This document shows positions 10,355 through 20,455 of a DNA stretch of 44,018 nucleotides, piece after piece; the first letter of the stretch is position 1; the number at the start of each line of letters is the position of its first letter. The notes beneath the pieces are model-generated. The model had not been told where the DNA came from, made no database searches, and saw only the letters and a program-made list of their open reading frames with translations. Source of the stretch: Armatimonadota bacterium (GTDB lineage: Bacteria > Vulcanimicrobiota > JACPDS01 > JBDRKI01); contig JBDRKI010000041.1 in assembly GCA_043814095.1 (NCBI GenBank), forward strand, positions 1 to 44,018, in the 5' to 3' direction. The position numbers and the translations under genes are program-made.

Positions 10355-11527
10355 ATGCTGGAATTAAAATTAGCTTATAGGAATTTAATCGGTGCGGGAC
10401 TCCGCACATGGCTTAATGTTATAGCTCTCTCTTTTGCCTATGTAATTATTATATGGCACCAGGGATTGTTTTTCGGCATGCTGGAACAGAGTACCCGCGA
10501 TATGGTTAATTACGAGATAGGTTCCGGACAGTACTGGCATAAAACATATGATCCTTATGACGCTATCTCTCTTGATGATGCCCACGGGGTTATTCCTTCC
10601 GGATTAAAAGATATGACGGCGGAAGGAAAAGCCGCGCCGGTATTAATAAGGCCGGCTTCCATATTCCCGCACGGCAGGCTGCAGTCTGTTTTATTAAAAG
10701 GCATAGACCCTGCCCAGCAGATTTTAAAAATTCCCACTTCTAATCTGACCAAGCAGGACGGGTATATCCCCGTCCTCATAGGTCAGCGGATGGCAAGAGC
10801 AAATGAATTTAAAGTGGATGACTATATTACAATAAGATTCAGGGATGCTAACGGTACATTTGATGCGGTTGACGGAAAAATAGTATGGATTATGGAGACT
10901 AATGTTCCCACTGTTGATAAGGGGCAGTTATGGATTCCACTGGAAGATTTGCAGAAGATCATGGTTATGCCGGATGAGGCAACCATTGTCGTTGCCGGAA
11001 AAGGCGCGCAGGATATGGGTTCTTTGTCTGACTGGGAGTTTAAATCCCAAAGCTTTCTGCTTAAAGATATAACCGAGATGATAAAAAGCAAGCGCATAAG
11101 CGCTTCTATTATGTACGTGATTTTATTATTCCTTGCAATGCTTGCCGTATTTGATACCCAGGTTCTCTCAATATTCAGAAGAAGAAAAGAGATAGGCACA
11201 ATGATGGCTTTAGGATTAACACGCGCCAGAGTCATATTGACCTTTACCCTTGAAGGCGTGATAAACGGCGTGCTTGCAATAGTTGTAGGCGCGGCTTACG
11301 GGATACCGCTACTATGGCTTACTGCAATTAAGGGGTTTAATGTTCCCCATGCTTCTGATGCTTACGGTTTTGCCATATCCCAGAGGCTTTTTCCCGTTTA
11401 TCCCATAGCGTTAATACTGGGTACCGTGATTATCGTTATGATAACGGTAACGATTGTAAGTTATCTACCGGCAAAGCAGATCTCAAAACTTAAGCCCACG
11501 GATGCTTTAAGAGGTAAAATATCATGA
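10355..11527 (+). CDS. ABC transporter permease, MacB/FtsX (LolC/E-like)
   Basis: LAYRNL, RRKEIGTMMALG, YLPA..IS.L.P.DALR. Start moved from 10319 to ATG 10355, which follows GAGGAG. Confidence 0.9.
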   Translation: MLELKLAYRNLIGAGLRTWLNVIALSFAYVIIIWHQGLFFGMLEQSTRDMVNYEIGSGQYWHKTYDPYDAISLDDAHGVIPSGLKDMTAEGKAAPVLIRPASIFPHGRLQSVLLKGIDPAQQILKIPTSNLTKQDGYIPVLIGQRMARANEFKVDDYITIRFRDANGTFDAVDGKIVWIMETNVPTVDKGQLWIPLEDLQKIMVMPDEATIVVAGKGAQDMGSLSDWEFKSQSFLLKDITEMIKSKRISASIMYVILLFLAMLAVFDTQVLSIFRRRKEIGTMMALGLTRARVILTFTLEGVINGVLAIVVGAAYGIPLLWLTAIKGFNVPHASDAYGFAISQRLFPVYPIALILGTVIIVMITVTIVSYLPAKQISKLKPTDALRGKIS

Positions 11528-12798
11528 TAGGATTTGTGGTAAAAGGATTATTAAGGGACCGTTCAAGGAGTCTGCTGCCCGTTCTTATGGTAAGTGCGGG
11601 GGTATTTTTAACCGTGTTTTTATACGGCTGGATGCAGGGCGTTATAAATGAGTTTGTGCTGACAAGCGCCCGGTTTGATACAGGTTTTGTAAAAGTTACG
11701 ACGCGCGCTTATGAAGAATTTGCGGATCAGATGCCCAATGACCTGGCATTAATGGATGCCGGCAGGATAATTGATGAAGTTAAACTTGAAGATCATGAAA
11801 TGATATGGACACCGCGCATAAAGTTCGGCGGACTTCTGGATATACCTGATGAAAAAGGACAGACCCGCGCCCAGGGACCCGTTATGGGTATGGGCGTGAA
11901 CCTTCTTGAGAGCGGTTCGCCTGATATAGAGATACTGAAATTAAAGGATGCTCTTGTAAAGGGAGATATTCCTTCTAAATCCGGACAGATTCTAGTAAGT
12001 GACGAGCTTGCCGGCAAGCTTAATTTAAATATAGGGGATACGGCAACTATTATAACGTCAACAATGTACGCCAGTATGGCAACCTATAATTTTACGGTTG
12101 CGGGTAGCGTTAATTTCGGGATAACCCCCATGGACAGGGGCACAATTATCGCTGATATTAAAGATGTGCAATCTGCTCTTGATATGAACGGGTGTACCAG
12201 CGAGATTCTGGGATACACAAAAGATATGGTTTACGATAATAAAAAAATGAAGAAACTAGCTATGCAGTTTAATGAAAAATATTCAAATAAGGATGATCAG
12301 TTCTCACCTGTTATGATTCCATTAAGAGACCAGGGCGGGCTTGCGGTGTATATGGATATGGGCAAGAAGTTTGGCAGTATAATCGTGGGGATATTTGTTC
12401 TGGCAATGTCTATAGTTCTGTGGAACGCGGGGCTTATGAACGGCCTTCGCCGCTACGGGGAGATAGGCGTGCGCCTTGCGATAGGCGAGTCTAAATCGGA
12501 TATATACAGGTGGATGATAGCCGAAGCGGTTGTGGTGGGGTTTATAGGGTCTGTTATAGGTACGGCGCTCGGTATTGCCGCTACATATTACCTGCAGGTT
12601 AAAGGTATTGACGCGACGGCTATGATGCAGAAATCAACCGTGTTTTTAGCCAACAGGATACGCGCTCAGGTTACCCCCGTAAGTTTTATTATAGGGTTTC
12701 TTCCCGGACTTATAGCGCCTGTTATAGGGGCTGTCTTTGCCGGGATAGGGATATATAAAAGGCAGACAGCGCAATTATTTAAGGAGTTGGAAGTATGA
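11524..12798 (+). CDS. ABC transporter permease, MacB/FtsX (LolC/E-like)
   Basis: GLLRDRSRS, RRYGEIGVRLAIG; ATGA overlap with the previous gene. Confidence 0.9.
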   Translation: MIGFVVKGLLRDRSRSLLPVLMVSAGVFLTVFLYGWMQGVINEFVLTSARFDTGFVKVTTRAYEEFADQMPNDLALMDAGRIIDEVKLEDHEMIWTPRIKFGGLLDIPDEKGQTRAQGPVMGMGVNLLESGSPDIEILKLKDALVKGDIPSKSGQILVSDELAGKLNLNIGDTATIITSTMYASMATYNFTVAGSVNFGITPMDRGTIIADIKDVQSALDMNGCTSEILGYTKDMVYDNKKMKKLAMQFNEKYSNKDDQFSPVMIPLRDQGGLAVYMDMGKKFGSIIVGIFVLAMSIVLWNAGLMNGLRRYGEIGVRLAIGESKSDIYRWMIAEAVVVGFIGSVIGTALGIAATYYLQVKGIDATAMMQKSTVFLANRIRAQVTPVSFIIGFLPGLIAPVIGAVFAGIGIYKRQTAQLFKELEV

Positions 12799-13538
12799 AG
12801 AAATTATTTTCCTTGCTATTGATAATTTTGTTTTTAACTACAGGTCTTGCCTATGCGGGATTAACAGGGGAAGATATACTTAAAAAAGTTGATGATAATT
12901 ATGTCGCGGATAACAGAAAGGCGTCCGCAACAATGATTATTAAGGGTGCAAGAGGAGTGCGTACCTTAAAATCTCTCGGATGGGTGCAGGGTACAAATAA
13001 ATCTTTTACGGAATTTATTTTTCCTGCCAGGGATAAAGGCACTAAGATGTTAAAGCTTTATGATAAGCTCTGGATTTATTCCCCATCCACAGACCGCATA
13101 ATTGAGATCGCGGGCCATATGTTAAGGCAGTCAATGATGGGGTCGGATGTATCATATGAAGATTATATGGAAGACCCGCGTCTTGTAAAAGTTTATAATG
13201 TTAAGCTTGCCGGAGAAGAGAAAGTAAATGACCGCCTATGTTATGTTCTTAAGCTTACAGCTAAAAAGGATGATGTTGCTTATCACTCGCGCAGGATGTG
13301 GGTGGATAAAGAAAGATTCCTGCCCTTAAAGGAAGAAAGGTATGCAAAAAGCGGGAAACTTTTAAAGAGAATGACCATAGAAGAAGTTTTTTACACCCAG
13401 AACAGATGGTATCCTAAAAAGATGGTATTTAAGGATATGATGCAGTCGGGTGACGGTACCACTCTTATAATTGATGATATAAAATTTAATGTAAATATAC
13501 CGGATTATATATTTTCCAAAGCAGCTCTTAAAAAATAG
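12795..13538 (+). CDS. Outer-membrane lipoprotein-sorting protein (LolA-like)
   Basis: Signal peptide; F..PA.DKGTKML, MMGSD.SYED, WVDKE, SGKLLK. Confidence 0.85.
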   Translation: MKKLFSLLLIILFLTTGLAYAGLTGEDILKKVDDNYVADNRKASATMIIKGARGVRTLKSLGWVQGTNKSFTEFIFPARDKGTKMLKLYDKLWIYSPSTDRIIEIAGHMLRQSMMGSDVSYEDYMEDPRLVKVYNVKLAGEEKVNDRLCYVLKLTAKKDDVAYHSRRMWVDKERFLPLKEERYAKSGKLLKRMTIEEVFYTQNRWYPKKMVFKDMMQSGDGTTLIIDDIKFNVNIPDYIFSKAALKK

Positions 13539-13602
13539 CAGGTAAAAACACCCCGAATGGATAATTATTCCGTATAAAATAATCATATTACATGGAGTAA
13601 TT

Positions 13603-14307
13603 ATGCTTAAAAATTTAAGGAAATATCTGCGCGAACTTCTACATACCAGAAAGTTCATGTTGCTTTTTATTTCAATGCTTCTCTGGCTAGCCATAGAGCC
13701 TTTTCTTTCCAAACATCAATTTCTTTACGATATTTTGATTTATATTTATATCCTGGTAACAATTGTAACCGTTTATGTGATAACTAAGAAAAAATGGATT
13801 TTTGTCGCGTACTCCCTTGTTTCCGTAGCGGCAATACTGCTTCCGCCGGTCAGCAATTTTGCACATTTTAAACTGGCCAATGCTTTAGGGCTGACAATGG
13901 AATTTGTGTTAAATATCTCGCTGACCCTCTTTATTATCTTATATACTTCGGCAAAAGAAAAGTATGATAAAGACGATATTTTTGCGGTTCTCTTGGGATT
14001 TCTTTTAATAGGCGCCTGTTTTGCCGATATATATTACAGCATGTATGCTTTGAATCCCGGAACGCTTCATTTTGATATATCAGTTGCTCACCCGTCCGCA
14101 ACCGCTTTCGGCGTAGGTGATTTTATATATTTCAGCTACATAACCCTTACAACAGTTGGATACGGCGATATATACCCGGTTTCAAATATTGCCAAAAGAT
14201 TATGTATGTTAGAGGCAAGCGTAGGCGTTTTATATGTTGCCGTATTTATAGGGCGGCTTATCGCCATTTATGAACAAACAAAGATAAGAAGCCGTAAACA
14301 GGATTAA
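13603..14307 (+). CDS. Potassium channel family protein (Ion_trans_2 pore)
   Basis: YFSYITLTTVGYGDIYP selectivity filter and several TM helices. Confidence 0.9.
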   Translation: MLKNLRKYLRELLHTRKFMLLFISMLLWLAIEPFLSKHQFLYDILIYIYILVTIVTVYVITKKKWIFVAYSLVSVAAILLPPVSNFAHFKLANALGLTMEFVLNISLTLFIILYTSAKEKYDKDDIFAVLLGFLLIGACFADIYYSMYALNPGTLHFDISVAHPSATAFGVGDFIYFSYITLTTVGYGDIYPVSNIAKRLCMLEASVGVLYVAVFIGRLIAIYEQTKIRSRKQD

Positions 14308-14328
14308 TTCTCAAAATAATTATACAGG

Positions 14329-14350
14329 TAAGGGGGCACAGCCCCCTTAT
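14329..14350 (+). terminator. Hairpin, probable terminator
   Basis: TAAGGGGGC-aca-GCCCCCTTA followed by T-rich sequence. Confidence 0.65.
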
Positions 14351-14353
14351 TTA

Positions 14354-14421
14354 TTTTAACTTGAAATGTTTTTTAACTTGAGGCATCTTTTAACTTGAGA
14401 TATTTTTTAACTTATAATGGA
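14354..14421 (+). repeat. Four 17-bp tandem direct repeats with core TTTTAACTT
   Basis: Core starts at 14354, 14371, 14388 and 14405, immediately before the RBS of the next gene. Confidence 0.85.
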
Positions 14422-14428
14422 GGAAGTA

Positions 14429-16660
14429 ATGATAAAAGCAAACAAAATTAAATTTATATTGATATTTCTTGCCTTAGCATGTTTTGCTTTTTCTTTTCAG
14501 GTAAGAGCCCAGGATCAATACTCAGATATTCCCGATAACCTGAAAAAAGAGATAATGAACCAGACAGAACTCGGCATGAAGATACAGCTTATAACAAAGC
14601 TTAATGATTACGCAGGCGCTACCGAGAAAACAACCATTATGATACATGCCGCCGAAGAGGGCGACAGCAAAAGGTTCTGGGATGCTTTTACCGAGCTGGC
14701 AGCCGATACAGCCTGTTCGCTTTACCTGCCGGCAGACCTTGCTAAAAAGATGGTTGAAGTAGAGCAGGTTTTGTTTAAATACTACGCGGGAGAATTCAGC
14801 GTTGCCCAGCTCCAGAAACTCTATGATAAAACCATAGAGCTATCAAGATCAGAACCGGCTCTTAAAAATTACCTTGAGAATAAAAACGCCCGGGCAATAG
14901 CAAATGAATATGCCGATATAATAATGGATTCGTCTTCCGGGACCGCGCAGATGCTAGGAACGTCCTACGGAAAGAAAATAAATGTTGCTGAACTTATGGT
15001 AAAAATTTACCGGGCTAAAAAATACGCTAAACTTGCCGAGATGAAGCAGCAGGCAAAATTGGAAGTTGAGATGGAGAAGCTCAGGGAGAAAAGAGCATAT
15101 GTTATTAAGTATAAAGAATTAAGGGATCAGATAAATACCGCTCTTTATTCCGATGATATTGAAAACCTTAAACAGCTTCTTGAGAAACTTAATGTTTACC
15201 AGAAGGACATGATAGGGTATATATGGTGGTACAACAGCCCGGTAAGGGAAAGACTCGTTGAGAAAACAGACGAATTAAAAGCTTCTCTTGAGGCAAAAAT
15301 CAAAGAACTTGAGAATAAGAAAAACAAGGCCGACCGTGAGAAAACCAAAGATGAGGAGCAGAAGAAAAAAGAAGAAGAATTGAAAAGGAAAGAGCAAGAG
15401 GCTCTTAAGAAACAGGAAGAAGAGCTGAAAAAACAACAGGACAGGGATGGAAAAAAAGATGAGGAACTAAAACAGCAGAAAACCGAAGATGAAAAAATAT
15501 CAGCGGAACGCAAAAAAAGAGAAGAGGAAATAACAAAGAAAATATTCGGTTTAAAAGATGAGATTGAAAAAAATGCCAAGATTGTAAAAAGCACGCCTGA
15601 TCTGGGATGTCTTAAGAAACTTAGGGGCAGTATAAATGCCCTTATAAATTATGTTAAGGGATTAAATGATATTACCGATGAAGAAAAGGAAGAATTTTTT
15701 GAAGCCATAAAAGAACTTACCGATGCCGGCGCCGAACTGGACACATTAATAACGGATATGGAAAAAGAGAAAAATGACAAGGAGGATATTGAAGGCAAAA
15801 AAGAAGAAGAAAAGCCCAAGTCCGCACCTTCCCCGAAACCATGGGGGTCGGGATATCATAATAAGTTTGTGCTCACACATGCCAATAACACCCTTTTTAT
15901 AAATGTTGTTAATAATCTGGGTAAATCCATAGGCGGGTTCACGATAGGGAATGTGTCGCCGGGACAGTACCTTATGCACGAGGGAGCAATTCACGGCGGA
16001 TATAATTCAGCGTTTCTGGTTACTTTAAACGGCCCTACACTTAATTATTATGTTCTTACACCGGATAAGATTATTTTTGCCGGAAATCTTGATATGAATG
16101 TAAAGAACATAAATGATGTGCAGTTTTCAAAGACCGGTGATTTTGGTATAAGTGTTAAATGGAAAAATTCTCAGGGTCAGATCTGGGGGGCTGATATTGA
16201 TCAGTGGAAAGGCCTCACGAATAAAGTTGCATTAGGCGGCGGCGGAGCGGATGTTAAGGTTGCTAAGGGTAATCATACCCATTATTATGCTTCAACCGAC
16301 GGCAGAAACCTTACGGTAACGGTTAAGGATTTCAGGGGAAATAATTTAAACCAGTATAATTTCGGACCTGTTATGCCTGGGAATGTCAGTATAGCCGCTT
16401 GCAGTTACTACGGCGGTTATAATACGGGGTTTTTAACCTATATTAAAGACGGGTATCTTAAATGGGCTGTTTTAACCCCCGATAAAATTACGTTCTCCGG
16501 TACTTTTGATACCGATGTGACTTCTTTCGCGGTAAATAAGGTTATGTTAACTCAGATTAAACAGTACGGCGTGGATTACAGCTGGGTGAATAATAAGGGC
16601 CAGAAATACGCGGGTCATATACAGCAATTTAAGGGTTTTGTATGGAAGAAGCCCAGATAA
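14429..16660 (+). CDS. Large secreted hypothetical protein: helical N-domain, E/K coiled coil and two tandem ~135-aa C-terminal domains
   Basis: Signal peptide ending VRA-Q, charged coiled coil, internal repeat with GGYN..F and VLTPDKI.F.G. ATG 14429 follows GGAGG (track start 14417). Confidence 0.8.
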   Translation: MIKANKIKFILIFLALACFAFSFQVRAQDQYSDIPDNLKKEIMNQTELGMKIQLITKLNDYAGATEKTTIMIHAAEEGDSKRFWDAFTELAADTACSLYLPADLAKKMVEVEQVLFKYYAGEFSVAQLQKLYDKTIELSRSEPALKNYLENKNARAIANEYADIIMDSSSGTAQMLGTSYGKKINVAELMVKIYRAKKYAKLAEMKQQAKLEVEMEKLREKRAYVIKYKELRDQINTALYSDDIENLKQLLEKLNVYQKDMIGYIWWYNSPVRERLVEKTDELKASLEAKIKELENKKNKADREKTKDEEQKKKEEELKRKEQEALKKQEEELKKQQDRDGKKDEELKQQKTEDEKISAERKKREEEITKKIFGLKDEIEKNAKIVKSTPDLGCLKKLRGSINALINYVKGLNDITDEEKEEFFEAIKELTDAGAELDTLITDMEKEKNDKEDIEGKKEEEKPKSAPSPKPWGSGYHNKFVLTHANNTLFINVVNNLGKSIGGFTIGNVSPGQYLMHEGAIHGGYNSAFLVTLNGPTLNYYVLTPDKIIFAGNLDMNVKNINDVQFSKTGDFGISVKWKNSQGQIWGADIDQWKGLTNKVALGGGGADVKVAKGNHTHYYASTDGRNLTVTVKDFRGNNLNQYNFGPVMPGNVSIAACSYYGGYNTGFLTYIKDGYLKWAVLTPDKITFSGTFDTDVTSFAVNKVMLTQIKQYGVDYSWVNNKGQKYAGHIQQFKGFVWKKPR

Positions 16661-16687
16661 AATTTATATAATCAAGAAAAAGGAGTA

Positions 16688-18652
16688 TTGTTGATGAGAA
16701 AAAGATTAACTCTGCTTGTAATAATCATGCTAATATTCAGCGTGTTTTTAACTGCATATGCCTGCGCGAAGCAGTATGAGGAGAAGAATTTAAAATCACC
16801 GAAACAGTTTTCACAGGTAAAAAATATGCCTTTACCTCTTAGAAGCCTTTTTCTTATGCTTACACCTGATTTTGTAACAAGGCGCGCGCCATCTTTTTTT
16901 CAGGCAAATAATATTTCTTTTAAAATGGCAGCTTACGCTCCGGATCCGAATAACAGCGTTACTGGTGAGCGTTATCTGGGATTAAAAAACATAAATCTCA
17001 AGTTTTACCCCCTTACAAAGATGACAGTCCGTTACCGGGCGCCTCATACCAAAGGATGGGATGAAGAATATCATTATCTAAAAATATATTACAGTTTTGT
17101 TAACGGTTTGGGCGAGATATCCGTTCCGGCGGTTGAAGTTGAGATAAAATACTGGCATACGGATATAAAAGATAAGAAGAGATTTGAAGAATTCAAGGCC
17201 TGGTATCTGAGAATGGCAAAAGAAAAAGGTACGGGCAGAATGATTGATAATGTGCCTGTTTATGCGCCGGAAGGTGAATTTCCGGTCATGGTCGGCCATA
17301 AACCAGCGGGAAAAGAGGATATATGGAAAAAATACAAAGTTACAGAGAAATACAGGTTTGTTCATGGCAGGTTTACCGTAGATGTATCAGGTATGGATCC
17401 TGTAGCAATTACTTCTTACGAATACTGGGATCATCCTGCATGGTTTAAAGAAGGATGGCCTGAAATATATCAAAATATTCTTACAGATGTAAACCACAGG
17501 AGAGTTACGGAATCTCTTGTCCAGAAAATCATAGGTTATCTTGAAAATGTAACTAAAGAAACGGCAGGTTCCAAAACCATAAGAAATCTTAAGCTTAATT
17601 TCTTTGTCTCCCAGACACTTGATAATCCTCCTAAGCTTATACATAAAAAACCCGCACTCTCGGCCGTGAAAGTTACATGGGACAATGTTGATATACCGGA
17701 GGTAGAGGCCTGGATAGTATGGAGGGTTAACGAGAAGGTTGTTAAAAAGCTCCCGTTTAAATTTAAACAGCATTATTCCCCATCAGAAATAGGAAATTAT
17801 AAAGATTACGCGGTTTATGCTTTTGAGCCCGATATTTATGACGCGGTGAAACAGAAGCATGAAGTTGCGGTAGCCGTAAAAGGCGCGAAAGATAAAAACG
17901 GCAAACAGCTTGTTTTAAGCGAATCTCAGACTTATGAGGTTGCATCACTGGGCAATCCGGTAATAAGCATCATGTTTGTTCCCCTTAAATACGGAAGCTG
18001 GGGTTCCAACCAGATTTATAACGATAACGGCGAGCGGCTGCAGATCAGAGATTTTAACAGAATAAGGACAAGCTGGCTTGATTATTTAAAAGGCATATAC
18101 CCCGTGGCGCCGGAATGCGTCAAAGATGTTACCAAAAGCAACCTTCTTATAGAGGTTAATCCCGGAATTATTGAAAAATGCGCTGAAGCAGGGAAGTATG
18201 GCGGACTTCTAAACAGGCTTGAGGAAATATATGAGCTTAACAGGACACAGAACCCGAAAGAACATCTTAATTATATAGTAGGCATAGTGCCCCAGGGTTA
18301 TCTAGGGGCTACAGGGCTTACCCATGAATATTTTCCTCATTCGGTACTTATAGAAGACAGCTCTACTGCCCCTATTCTTGCTCATGAGATAGGCCATCTT
18401 CTGAACATAATAAATAAACACAATCAGGATGAGTACGGGAAAGAGCTTTTGGCGTCTCCCGGATTCTGGGTTCAGAGCTTAACTCCGATTCAGTATATAC
18501 GCTATCTCCCGGTTGAACGCGGCGTGAAAACGGTGGATTTAATGGATATTGACCCGAAAGATTTAGGGAATACCTGGATAAATAAAGTTAACTATGAAAA
18601 ATTGATGAAAGTTATACAGGAAAGGTTCGGTTCAACTATAAAGGCATATTAA
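16688..18652 (+). CDS. Secreted hypothetical protein with a C-terminal HExxH zinc-metallopeptidase-like motif
   Basis: Signal peptide; ILAHEIGHLLNIINKH near the C-terminus; AAGGAG RBS (start 16688 or 16694). Confidence 0.7.
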   Translation: MLMRKRLTLLVIIMLIFSVFLTAYACAKQYEEKNLKSPKQFSQVKNMPLPLRSLFLMLTPDFVTRRAPSFFQANNISFKMAAYAPDPNNSVTGERYLGLKNINLKFYPLTKMTVRYRAPHTKGWDEEYHYLKIYYSFVNGLGEISVPAVEVEIKYWHTDIKDKKRFEEFKAWYLRMAKEKGTGRMIDNVPVYAPEGEFPVMVGHKPAGKEDIWKKYKVTEKYRFVHGRFTVDVSGMDPVAITSYEYWDHPAWFKEGWPEIYQNILTDVNHRRVTESLVQKIIGYLENVTKETAGSKTIRNLKLNFFVSQTLDNPPKLIHKKPALSAVKVTWDNVDIPEVEAWIVWRVNEKVVKKLPFKFKQHYSPSEIGNYKDYAVYAFEPDIYDAVKQKHEVAVAVKGAKDKNGKQLVLSESQTYEVASLGNPVISIMFVPLKYGSWGSNQIYNDNGERLQIRDFNRIRTSWLDYLKGIYPVAPECVKDVTKSNLLIEVNPGIIEKCAEAGKYGGLLNRLEEIYELNRTQNPKEHLNYIVGIVPQGYLGATGLTHEYFPHSVLIEDSSTAPILAHEIGHLLNIINKHNQDEYGKELLASPGFWVQSLTPIQYIRYLPVERGVKTVDLMDIDPKDLGNTWINKVNYEKLMKVIQERFGSTIKAY

Positions 18653-18764
18653 AGAAACACGATAAAAATTTTACTTAAAAATAAGAATTTTCATACAAAC
18701 AAAGGTAAAATTGGCAATTTGAAGAAATCCTAATATCTAAACAAATCTTTATAAGGAGGGAAAA

Positions 18765-19157
18765 ATGATCAGATTAATGGACGAGAGTACCGGCAACACG
18801 GTAGGTGTTGAAATTTACGGGGAGTACACAAAAGATGATGTACTGCAGCTGGAAAAAATCTTTAATGATTTAATGCAGGAAGGACATGAAAAAATAAATA
18901 TCCTGTTTAAAATTGACCAGCTGAATCTCGAAAAAATAACTCCGGAAGCCTTTATTGAAGATTCCCGTTATGCTCTTGAAAATCTTCCCCACCTGGGACA
19001 TATTGCTGTTGTAGGACACAGCAGCCTTGAAAAGATGCTTATAGGCATGGACAACATGATATTCGGCGATCCGAGCAAGGGACTTGAAGAAAAATATTTT
19101 GACATAGCCGATATGGATAAAGCATGGGAATTCGCAAGAGGCGCAAAAGTATCGTAA
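18765..19157 (+). CDS. STAS/SEC14 (SpoIIAA-like) domain protein
   Basis: V.I.G..T..D, IAVVG, YF...D.DKAWEF; AAGGAGG RBS. Confidence 0.85.
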   Translation: MIRLMDESTGNTVGVEIYGEYTKDDVLQLEKIFNDLMQEGHEKINILFKIDQLNLEKITPEAFIEDSRYALENLPHLGHIAVVGHSSLEKMLIGMDNMIFGDPSKGLEEKYFDIADMDKAWEFARGAKVS

Positions 19158-19181
19158 TCGGGCTTTATTGATAAAACTATT

Positions 19182-19213
19182 TTATAGGGACAGGTTGTTA
19201 TCTGTCCCTATAA
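19182..19213. repeat. Palindrome (REP-like or terminator) overlapping the argH stop codon
   Basis: TTATAGGGACAG-gttgttat-CTGTCCCTATAA; shares its TAGGGACAG arm with 35428..35458. Confidence 0.7.
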
Positions 19214-20455
19214 TTTTTTTATCTTATCAATTTCTGTTTTATAATCTTTAAATTTGAGAAATATTCTATCCTTATAAATATCATCGGGTATTTTGATTAA
19301 CTTTAAATTCTTAGCCGTTTTTTTATAGGCGTCGCGGAATGCATCGCCCTTTTTTACGAATTCATAAGCGCTGTCAGCCGCAAAAAGTTCCGGAGTCACG
19401 GCCTTTTCAACCCCGGATTTGTTTACCTTAAGATTTTTATAAACAAGATCCATAATCTTAAGGCAGTCTATAGTTGTGTTAAAAGCTTCAATTAGCGGTT
19501 TTTTTGCAAGCTGGAAGTCGCGGTTATATCCGCTTATCAATTTACAGTCAAGCATATCAACGGTATATAAAGAAGAATGAACGATTGCCGATTTCCCCCG
19601 CATAAGTTCCAAAACATCATAATTTTTTTTCTGGGGCATGATGCTTGAACCGGTACAAAAGGCAGAAGGCAGGGAGAAAAAATCAAACTCATTCGCAGTG
19701 AAAACAAGCAAATCCGACGCTATTTTATCTAAAGTTTTCATAATAGAACAAAGAGGCAGCAGCAGTGTGGAAATTAATTTAGGACGGTTCTGCGCGTAAA
19801 TGTAATTCTTGTTTTCTTTAAACCCGAGCAGTTTTGCGGTAAAGTTCCTGTCCAGATTAAGGGATGTCCCGTACCCTGCGGCGCTTCCTAAGGGATTGCT
19901 GTTATTTATGATAAAAGAAGTTTTCAGCAGCAATAAATCGTCAAACAGTGATTCTATGTAAGAGCCCAAAAGGAGCTGTAAGGAAGAAGGCATTGCTTTC
20001 TGCATATGGGTGTATCCCGGCATGATTAAGGGATTGGCTTTAGAGAATTTATTAAAAGTTGTGCACAAATTTACCGCCAGATCATGAACAGTACGGATTT
20101 TATCGCGACCCCATAACTGGATTGCGGCCATTATCTGGTCGTTTCTGGAGCGTCCGGCATGAATTTTTTTGCCCGTATTTCCAAGTCTTTTTACAAGACG
20201 GTTTTCTATCGCGGTGTGAAGGTCTTCATCTTCTTTTTTTATTTCGATACCGTTTTTCTTTATGTTTTCAAGCTCTTTTATTATTTTTGTTGATTCATTA
20301 GGCGTAAGGAATCCCGCTTTTTCAAGAGTTTTAGCGTGCGCTATTGAAGCGGCGCAGTCATAAGAGATAAACTCCCTGTCAATGATGTAATCGTCGCCTA
20401 CGGTAAAATCTTCTATGAGCTTATTTAGTTTTTTTCCTTTTTCCCAGAGTTTCAA
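19208..20455 (-). CDS. argH: Argininosuccinate lyase (short form)
   Basis: [35 protein letters not shown]; overlaps the end of argG by 35 bp. Confidence 0.95.
   Translation of the reverse strand: MKLWEKGKKLNKLIEDFTVGDDYIIDREFISYDCAASIAHAKTLEKAGFLTPNESTKIIKELENIKKNGIEIKKEDEDLHTAIENRLVKRLGNTGKKIHAGRSRNDQIMAAIQLWGRDKIRTVHDLAVNLCTTFNKFSKANPLIMPGYTHMQKAMPSSLQLLLGSYIESLFDDLLLLKTSFIINNSNPLGSAAGYGTSLNLDRNFTAKLLGFKENKNYIYAQNRPKLISTLLLPLCSIMKTLDKIASDLLVFTANEFDFFSLPSAFCTGSSIMPQKKNYDVLELMRGKSAIVHSSLYTVDMLDCKLISGYNRDFQLAKKPLIEAFNTTIDCLKIMDLVYKNLKVNKSGVEKAVTPELFAADSAYEFVKKGDAFRDAYKKTAKNLKLIKIPDDIYKDRIFLKFKDYKTEIDKIKKL

Noticed and set aside
8544-13538. Beta-barrel + ABC + LolA-like cluster as a new system
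   Set aside because: This gene arrangement is common in diderm anaerobes, and nothing unusual is visible in this copy.
14354-14421. CRISPR array (also considered for the 11-bp arrays)
   Set aside because: Units of 11-17 bp are far too short, there are no spacer-length unique segments and no cas genes.
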